From the NCBI GenBank assembly GCA_022646745.1, contig CP060262.1, forward strand, positions 90,001 to 122,000: a stretch of DNA of 32,000 nucleotides, in the 5' to 3' direction. Positions 25,471 to 30,589 of the stretch are shown in pieces (within the stretch, counting starts at the first letter, position 1; every line of letters begins with the position of its first letter). The notes under the pieces were generated by a model. It worked only from the letters and a program-made list of their open reading frames with translations, made no database searches and was not told where the DNA came from. The translations under genes and the position numbers were made by a program. Source of the stretch: Planctomycetales bacterium. GTDB taxonomy: Bacteria > 4484-113 > JAFGCY01.

Positions 25471-25494
25471 GGGGCGGATATGCGTATCCGCCCC
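25471..25494. terminator. Strong hairpin between the convergent orphan gene and the helicase
   Basis: GGGGCGGATA (25471-25480), loop TGCG, TATCCGCCCC (25485-25494). On the plus strand it is followed by CTTTAGTCTTTCTT. It sits 2 nt beyond the helicase stop codon. Confidence 0.6.
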
Positions 25495-25496
25495 CT

Positions 25497-26957
25497 TTAG
25501 TCTTTCTTGTCGCCGCCATCGCGGCCACCACCGCCACCACCCCGGCGTCCACGACCACCTCGCCCGCGGCGTGAGCTGCCACTGCGCGCCGCCCCTTCGC
25601 CTGATGCCTGGTCAGGCGGTGCATCGGACTGGCTGCGGGAAGCACCACCCTCCCCTGCATTACGGGACGAGCCACCGCGTCCGCCCCGTCCACCTCGGCC
25701 CCGGCCACCACGGCTGCGACCGCCGCCACCTCCACCTTCCTGCCTCGGAGGGGCTGCCGGGCGGTCATCTCCGGCTTCCTCGCCGAAGCGCCTGATGCGC
25801 TCACCGATGAAGCGCTCGATGCGCTGCACGCCACGGCCCTCGCTGCGGTCGGCAAGCGTCAGCGCCAGCCCCGCCTCACCGGCGCGGGCGGTGCGCCCGA
25901 CACGGTGCACGTAGTCCTCCGGGTCCGTCGGCACGTCGAAGTTGACAACCAGCTCGACGCTGTCGATGTCGAGGCCGCGGCTGGCCACGTCCGTGGCGAC
26001 GAGGATGCGCAGCTTGCCTTCCTTGAAGCGGTTGAGCGCCTCCTGGCGTTCACTCTGCAGGCGGTCGGCGTGCAGGCTGGCAACCTTGCGCCCGTCACGC
26101 GCGAGGCTGCGCGCCAGGTCGTCGGTGCGCTTCTTGGTGCGGCAGAAGATGATCACGCTCTGCCAGTCCCGCTCGTCCAGCACATCGGCCAGCGCACGGT
26201 CCTTGTGCTCGTTGCTGACCTCCAGCAGGTTGTGCTTCAGCCGGCTGGGGGGCTTGGTGCGCCCGATGCGGATCTCCTCCGGGTAGAACATGAAGTCCGT
26301 TGTCAGCTTCTTGATCGCCGGCGTCAGCGTGGCCGTCATCATCAGGCTCTGGCGCCGCGCCGGCATGCGGTTGAGGATCGTTGACAGGTCGAGGATGAAG
26401 CCCATGTCGAACATGCGGTCCGCCTCGTCCAGCACCACATGCGACAGGTCGTCAAACTGCATCCAGCCGTGCTGCATCAGGTCCAGCAGGCGGCCCGGCG
26501 CGGCCACCACGATCTCGCGGCCCTCATTGAGCGCGGAAATCTGCGGCCCGTCGCTCACGCCGCCGTAGACGGCCACGGCACGCACGCTGGTCAGCTCGGC
26601 CAGCGCTTGCACCTGCTCGGTGATCTGCTGCACCAGCTCGCGCGTGGGCGCGAGGATCACGGCCTGCGGCTTGAGCGGATGCGCCGGTTCACGGTCGATC
26701 AGGGCGTTGAGGATCGGCAGCGCGAAGGCCCCGGTCTTGCCGGTGCCGGTCTGCGCGATGCCGTACAGGTCCTGGCCGCTCAGTGCAACCGGGATCACCT
26801 TCTCCTGCACCGGAGACGGCCGCGACCAGCCCAGCCGGGCGATGTTGTCAAGCAGCACCTGCTTCAGCCCGAGTTCGGCGAAGCTTTCAATGCTCCCCAC
26901 CAGCCCGGTGTCGTCGGCAGGGGCGGCCTCTTCCTCGATTGGCCTTCCCTCAGTCAT
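25497..26957 (-). CDS. rhlE: DEAD-box ATP-dependent RNA helicase with a 92-aa RGG/Gly-Arg-rich C-terminal tail
   Basis: Start MTEGRPIEEE... at 26957, the usual distance before the Q-motif region (FAELGL...PSPVQ). AQTGTGKT, VLDEADRMFDMGF, TAT, HRVGRTARAG. Tail: GGGGGGRSRGGRGRGGRGGRGG...RRGRGGRGRRGGGGGGRDGG. The track's extension to 27293 runs through the G/C-rich repeat and overlaps the divergent gene. Confidence 0.9.
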   Translation of the reverse strand: MTEGRPIEEEAAPADDTGLVGSIESFAELGLKQVLLDNIARLGWSRPSPVQEKVIPVALSGQDLYGIAQTGTGKTGAFALPILNALIDREPAHPLKPQAVILAPTRELVQQITEQVQALAELTSVRAVAVYGGVSDGPQISALNEGREIVVAAPGRLLDLMQHGWMQFDDLSHVVLDEADRMFDMGFILDLSTILNRMPARRQSLMMTATLTPAIKKLTTDFMFYPEEIRIGRTKPPSRLKHNLLEVSNEHKDRALADVLDERDWQSVIIFCRTKKRTDDLARSLARDGRKVASLHADRLQSERQEALNRFKEGKLRILVATDVASRGLDIDSVELVVNFDVPTDPEDYVHRVGRTARAGEAGLALTLADRSEGRGVQRIERFIGERIRRFGEEAGDDRPAAPPRQEGGGGGGRSRGGRGRGGRGGRGGSSRNAGEGGASRSQSDAPPDQASGEGAARSGSSRRGRGGRGRRGGGGGGRDGGDKKD

Positions 26958-26985
26958 ATGCACCGAGATTATAGCGGGGTGCACT

Positions 26986-27023
26986 GGGGGACGAGGGATG
27001 CGGGATGGGGGATGCGCAGAAGG
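26986..27023. repeat. Left arm of 38-bp inverted repeat, G-rich on plus strand (G-quadruplex motif)
   Basis: GGGGGACGAGGGATGCGGGATGGGGGATGCGCAGAAGG matches the reverse complement of 27235-27272 at 34/38 positions (manual alignment). The 16-nt core GGGATGCGGGATGGGG is perfect. Confidence 0.85.
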
Positions 27024-27234
27024 GATCAGGGACCGGGGACCCGGGATCAGGTGGGAAAGGGAGAGGAGGGTCGATCGCCGAATCGACCAGGAAGCTGGGC
27101 GTTTGCAGGATTGATGTTGATTGATTAAAGTGCGCGCAGCCACTTCTGAATTCTCATTTCCGTTCCTGCATCCCTTTGTATGCAAATCACGCCAAGGCGT
27201 GACGCACCTCCAAACACCCCACTCCCCACTCCAA

Positions 27235-27272
27235 CCTTCTGCCCATACCCCATCCCGCATCCCACATCCCCC
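27235..27272. repeat. Right arm of 38-bp inverted repeat, C-rich on plus strand
   Basis: CCTTCTGCCCATACCCCATCCCGCATCCCACATCCCCC. See the left arm. Confidence 0.85.
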
Positions 27273-27291
27273 ACTTGCTACCATCCTTCCC

Positions 27292-27726
27292 ATGCTGATC
27301 CTGCTCTATCGCGCGCTCGCCGTGATCTTCGTCATCCTCGCCGGCTGGGCGCTTGGGATGGCCAGCCCGGACTGGCGCGCTGACGTCGAGGCCACCCGCG
27401 ATGACGGCTTCATGCCGCGCTTCTGGGCAATCGGCAACGGCATGGCCCGGCTGCGCTTCCTCGCTGGCAACCCCATGGCAGGGCTGGGCAGCTTCGTTAT
27501 CTGGGTGCTGCCGGCGATCTTCTTCTCCGCACTTGGCTGGGGCGGTGGCAACGGCCTCGGTGACCCCGGTCCACTGGCCTCAATGGGCAGTTCACGCATG
27601 GAACGCGAATTCGGCAGCTTCATGCTGCTGTTTGAACCCTCGACCTGGATCATGCTCGGCAGCTTCTGCTTTGGCTATGTGATGGCCAAGGTGCAGGAGG
27701 AGAAGGACGGTGGGGCGCAGTACTGA
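27292..27726 (+). CDS. Small polytopic membrane protein, hypothetical
   Basis: MLILLYRALAVIFVILAGWALG... with about three hydrophobic helices. The upstream in-frame extension (27121-27291) is a Pro/His-rich translation of the C-rich repeat, so it is rejected. No Shine-Dalgarno visible. Confidence 0.6.
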   Translation: MLILLYRALAVIFVILAGWALGMASPDWRADVEATRDDGFMPRFWAIGNGMARLRFLAGNPMAGLGSFVIWVLPAIFFSALGWGGGNGLGDPGPLASMGSSRMEREFGSFMLLFEPSTWIMLGSFCFGYVMAKVQEEKDGGAQY

Positions 27727-27727
27727 G

Positions 27728-27808
27728 GCCGCTGGGCTCAGTGCGCAGGCTTTTGGTCCCACCAGTTCAGCATGATGCTTCGAATGCAGGCTCCAGCCCA
27801 GCGACCAG
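27728..27808 (+). repeat. 81-bp direct repeat, copy A
   Basis: GCCGCTGGGCTC...TCCCACCAGTTCAGCATGATGCTTCGAATGCAGGCTCCAGCCCAGCGACCAG. Starts 2 nt after the stop codon of 27292-27726. About 74/81 identical to copy B (manual alignment). Its ends are self-complementary (CGCTGGGCT / AGCCCAGCG). Confidence 0.85.
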
Positions 27809-27848
27809 GTCCCAGTAACCTAGATTGCCGCTGGGTTATACTGCCCCT

Positions 27849-27935
27849 GTGGACCTTGTGGCAACAAAGATAATGCTGATGCTCAGCGGAAGGTTTGGCA
27901 AAAGCGCGGGAAGATTACTTAGATTGCTCCCCTGA
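27849..27935 (+). pseudogene. 28-codon relic duplicating the 5' end of the HicB-like gene
   Basis: 27834-27912 aligns with 27981-28050 at DNA level, including a TATACT box 6 nt before a GTG. Translations are VDLVATKIMLMLSGRFGKS versus VSTVATKISFMLNGLFGKS. The relic then diverges and stops at 27933-27935. Confidence 0.4.
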
Positions 27936-27995
27936 ATATTTATAGAGTCCACGAAGGTGCGGCTGTTGCCATGATCGCGGGGGTATACTGCCCTT

Positions 27996-28304
27996 GTGAG
28001 CACTGTAGCCACGAAAATCAGCTTCATGCTAAACGGCCTTTTCGGCAAGAGCGGACGTTACTACGAATTCAGCAAACCTCTAGAATTGGTCGTGGAACAG
28101 GTCGAAGAAAACTGCTGGATGTACAAGATTGATGCACTCAACCTTTGGGCTGCTGAACCTGGACGTTCTGAATGTGCCGGCAGCTTTGCCCAGTTATTCG
28201 ACGAGCATTACGAAAATTATGGCCTGATTGATCCCCAATCCGCTACCGATGGAGCTCTGAAGGTTCAGGCACAATTGCTTGAGGCAATAAAGCAAGTTTA
28301 CTGA
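27996..28304 (+). CDS. HicB-like antitoxin candidate (N-terminal HicB fold only, no obvious DNA-binding domain)
   Basis: Its stop TGA shares the A with the ATG of the next ORF (CTGATGAC, 28302-28306), suggesting translational coupling. LELVVEQVEENCWMYKIDALNLWAAEPGRSECAGSFAQLFDEHYENY has the strand-strand-helix pattern of the HicB/UPF0150 fold. Low-GC cassette. Start codon uncertain (GTG 27996 or the internal ATG at MLNGLF). Confidence 0.45.
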   Translation: MSTVATKISFMLNGLFGKSGRYYEFSKPLELVVEQVEENCWMYKIDALNLWAAEPGRSECAGSFAQLFDEHYENYGLIDPQSATDGALKVQAQLLEAIKQVY

Positions 28305-28585
28305 TGACATCGCGATTGACGCGCAACATCAAGCGCGCCTTGCTCAAAAAGGGTTTCCATCTGAGAAACTCCCACCATCTTGAATTCAGACTATTCCTTA
28401 ATGGCAACCCGCAGAACATTCATACCTTCATTAGCCATGGTCTGCAGGAATATGGTGATTCCCTTCTTGCAGCCATGTCCCGCCAGCTACACTTGAGCAA
28501 GGCTGAGCTGCTGGAATTCATTGACTGCACGATGAGCGGCGAGGCTTACCTGGCACTGCTTCGCGAGCGCGCGCATATTGCCTAG
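28304..28585 (+). CDS. hicA: HicA-family mRNA interferase toxin candidate with C-terminal extension
   Basis: ALLKKGFHLRNSHHLEFRLFLNGNPQNIHTFISHGLQEYGDSLLAAMSRQLHLS parallels E. coli HicA (as I recall it) SNHLKLRFHGRRSVMPRHPCDEIKEPLRKAILKQLGLS. An extra ~30 aa follows (KAELLEFIDCTMSGEAYLALLRERAHIA). Confidence 0.6.
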   Translation: MTSRLTRNIKRALLKKGFHLRNSHHLEFRLFLNGNPQNIHTFISHGLQEYGDSLLAAMSRQLHLSKAELLEFIDCTMSGEAYLALLRERAHIA

Positions 28586-28600
28586 GACCTCGGTGCTGGA

Positions 28601-28681
28601 GCCGCTGGGCTCTGGGCTCAGGCCTTTGGTCCCACCAGTTCAGCATAATGCTTCGAATGCAGGCCCCAGCCCAGCGGCCAG
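28601..28681 (+). repeat. 81-bp direct repeat, copy B
   Basis: Starts 15 nt after the hicA-like stop. See copy A. Confidence 0.85.
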
Positions 28682-28754
28682 CGGCCTGCCAAGCCCTCCC
28701 CACTCCACACTCCACCCTCCCCACTGCCAGGCTGACAGCCTGGCCTCCCTTCAT

Positions 28755-28763
28755 TGCTATAAT
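28755..28763 (+). promoter_or_regulatory. Extended -10 promoter element for dcd
   Basis: TGCTATAAT (TGn + TATAAT), about 55 nt upstream of ATG 28820. GGAAGGAA Shine-Dalgarno before the ATG. Confidence 0.5.
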
Positions 28764-28819
28764 CTCCCCGCGCGGGATGCCTGCTGGCCCCGCCCACTTA
28801 CGAGGAAGGAACAAGACGC

Positions 28820-29377
28820 ATGTCCATCAAGAACGACCGCTGGATCCGGCAGATGTCCCAGAGCCACCACATGATCGAGCCATTCACCGAGAAGCAGATC
28901 AGCAAGGGCAAGATCTCCTACGGCCTGTCGAGCTTCGGCTATGACATCCGCGTGGGACGCGAATTCAAGATCTTCACGAACACCTTCTCCAGCATCGTGG
29001 ACCCCAAGAACTTCGACCCGAAGAGCTTCATGGACTTCGAGGGCGACGTGGCGGTGATCCCGCCCAACTCCTTCGCACTGGCCCGCAGCGTGGAGTACAT
29101 GAAGGTCCCGCGCGACGTGCTGTGCGTCTGCGTCGGCAAGAGCACCTACGCGCGCTGCGGCATCATCACGAACGTCACTCCGTTGGAGCCGGGCTGGGAA
29201 GGGCACATCACGCTCGAGATCAGCAACACCACCACCCTGCCGGCGAAGATCTATGCCAACGAGGGCCTGGTGCAGGTGCTGTTCTTCCAGAGCGACGAGG
29301 CCTGCGAGACCAGCTACGCCGACCGCTCTGGCAAGTACCAGGGCCAGCGCGGCATCACCATCCCGACGGTGAAGTAG
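28820..29377 (+). CDS. dcd: dCTP deaminase
   Basis: [12 protein letters not shown]...IEPF...[15 protein letters not shown]...[15 protein letters not shown]...[10 protein letters not shown]...[13 protein letters not shown]...NEG..QVLF. 185 aa. Confidence 0.95.
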   Translation: MSIKNDRWIRQMSQSHHMIEPFTEKQISKGKISYGLSSFGYDIRVGREFKIFTNTFSSIVDPKNFDPKSFMDFEGDVAVIPPNSFALARSVEYMKVPRDVLCVCVGKSTYARCGIITNVTPLEPGWEGHITLEISNTTTLPAKIYANEGLVQVLFFQSDEACETSYADRSGKYQGQRGITIPTVK

Positions 29378-29402
29378 CAGGCCAGGCTTTTAACCTGGCA
29401 AT

Positions 29403-29537
29403 CAGTGGTCAGCTGTCAGATCCAGAAGCAGAATCAGAATGAGAAGCAGCAGACCGCTTCTTGACAACTGCTGTTTCTGTTTCTGCCAACTGCTTCTCCC
29501 ACTGACTACTGACCACTGACTACTGACCACTGACCAC
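29403..29537. repeat. Low-complexity imperfect inverted repeat built from AGAAGC/GCTTCT-type hexamers and CTGACYACTGAC units
   Basis: Left arm CAGTGGTCAGCTGTCAGATCCAGAAGCAGAATCAGAATGAGAAGCAGCAG versus the reverse complement of the right arm (…CTGCTGTTTCTGTTTCTGCCAACTGCTTCTCCCACTGACTACTGACCACTG…), about 70% matched by eye. The right arm ends in tandem CTGACTACTGACCACTGACTACTGACCACTGACCAC. Confidence 0.7.
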
Positions 29538-29576
29538 AAAAAAAACCGCAGCCCGGAGGCCGCGGTCTCTTTGTTT
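29538..29576. terminator. Bidirectional rho-independent terminator (dcd / redoxin gene)
   Basis: A8 run (29538-29545) + stem ACCGCAGCC / GGCCGCGGT (one mismatch), loop CGGA, + CTCTTTGTTT. Reads as hairpin + U-run on both strands. Confidence 0.75.
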
Positions 29577-29615
29577 CGGTTGGATTCCGAGCTAACTGCT
29601 CGCGTAGCGAATGCC

Positions 29616-30377
29616 TCAACCGGGGGCGTCGGTCTGCGCCACGCTGACCGCTTCGCCACTGGCGACCTGGTGGACCGCCTGGATCACATAGTTCGTACCG
29701 ACCGGCGGGTTGTCACCGCCCTTCTGGTACTGGTCAAGCGCGCCGTTGTACTGGATCTGGCCGTCGGGGCTGATCACGTACAGCGCGGGGGTACGGGTGG
29801 CGCCGTAGCTCTTGCCGACCACGCCGCTGCCATCACGCAGCACCGGATAGGGCACGCCCCACTCGCTGATCGCGGTGTTGACTTCCTCATCCGTGCCGCC
29901 ACGGCCGGCGGGGTCCTGGCTGATCACGGCCAGCCAGACCACGTCGTCGCCCTTTTCTTCCTTGAGCTGCTTGTAGGCATCCACCATCGCGGTGGATTCC
30001 TGGTAGTAGTAGTGCACCACTGAGCAACCCGGGTTGAACCACTCGAGCACGACGGTCTTGCCGTCGGCGAGGTAGTCCGCCAGGTGGTGCTCGGCACCGC
30101 TCATGTCGGTCAGGGTGAAGTCCGCCGCCATCGTACCGGGCGCGCCGGGCTTCTCCATCGTCATGCCGCTGTCGGCCTCCGCCTGCCCATCGGCATGGGC
30201 ATCCGATGCCGCGGTGTCAGTGGCGGCCTGCTGGCTTGCGCCGCTGTCAGCCACTGTGGTGCTGCTGCTGCCGGAACTGTCCGCCGCCGTGTCACCGCCG
30301 CCTTCGTTACAGGCGCTCAGGCACAGCAGCAGGACCAGCACTCCGGACAGGAGTGTTATCAGTTTCCTGGTCTGCAT
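29616..30377 (-). CDS. Thioredoxin-fold (TlpA/redoxin-like) lipoprotein with a single-Cys active-site position
   Basis: GGGAGGA Shine-Dalgarno. MQTRKLITLLSGVLVLLLCLSACNEGG (lipobox). Low-complexity Ser/Ala/Asp linker. Redoxin-like TVVLEWFNPGCSVVHYY...WGVPYPVLRD...RTPALYVISPDG. Confidence 0.7.
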   Translation of the reverse strand: MQTRKLITLLSGVLVLLLCLSACNEGGGDTAADSSGSSSTTVADSGASQQAATDTAASDAHADGQAEADSGMTMEKPGAPGTMAADFTLTDMSGAEHHLADYLADGKTVVLEWFNPGCSVVHYYYQESTAMVDAYKQLKEEKGDDVVWLAVISQDPAGRGGTDEEVNTAISEWGVPYPVLRDGSGVVGKSYGATRTPALYVISPDGQIQYNGALDQYQKGGDNPPVGTNYVIQAVHQVASGEAVSVAQTDAPG

Positions 30378-30589
30378 TGAATCCTCCCGAAAATGACTCG
30401 CTTATCAATACCGGCCCGCATTGACTTTTGATCTATTAATGATAGTGCATTTTCAAGAAGAGACTGAATTGAGACATACTCACCACCAGTCAGCAGAGTC
30501 TGCCTGCAGAACAGGCAAAAGTGTCCCTTGAAACCCCTCAGTTTCGGCATTATCCTCATGATGGAGATCTGTTCTGGGGAGAGATCATT

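Noticed and set aside
25439-25914. ORFs 25439-25855 (minus strand) and 25507-25914 (plus strand, PPPPRRPRPPRP...).
   Set aside because: They are alternative-frame or antisense readings of the helicase RGG-tail coding region and are compositional artefacts.
26958-27293. N-terminal extensions offered by the ORF track for the helicase (to 27293), the membrane protein (from 27121), paralog 2 (from 4282), the NHL lipoprotein (to 17116), the isochorismatase (to 13740), the glutaredoxin-like gene (to 10878) and rfbD (to 19905).
   Set aside because: The extensions translate intergenic repeats, overlap divergent genes or lack a Shine-Dalgarno. The internal starts chosen give proper signal peptides or the usual family N-termini, mostly with a Shine-Dalgarno site (a -10-like box just upstream for the helicase and the 27292 membrane-protein gene).
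27728-27808. tRNA or tRNA-fragment (TTCGAAT-like segment) as an integration target within the 81-bp repeat.
   Set aside because: I could not build a T-arm around GCTTCGAATGC (the flanking 5-mers are not complementary) on either strand, nor an acceptor stem/CCA context.
27728-28681. Canonical integron attC sites / gene cassette array.
   Set aside because: The repeats have attC-like end complementarity and post-stop placement. However, I cannot find RYYYAAC / GTTRRRY core sites at their borders, and no intI gene is in the window. I kept this only as an alternative hypothesis in the finding.
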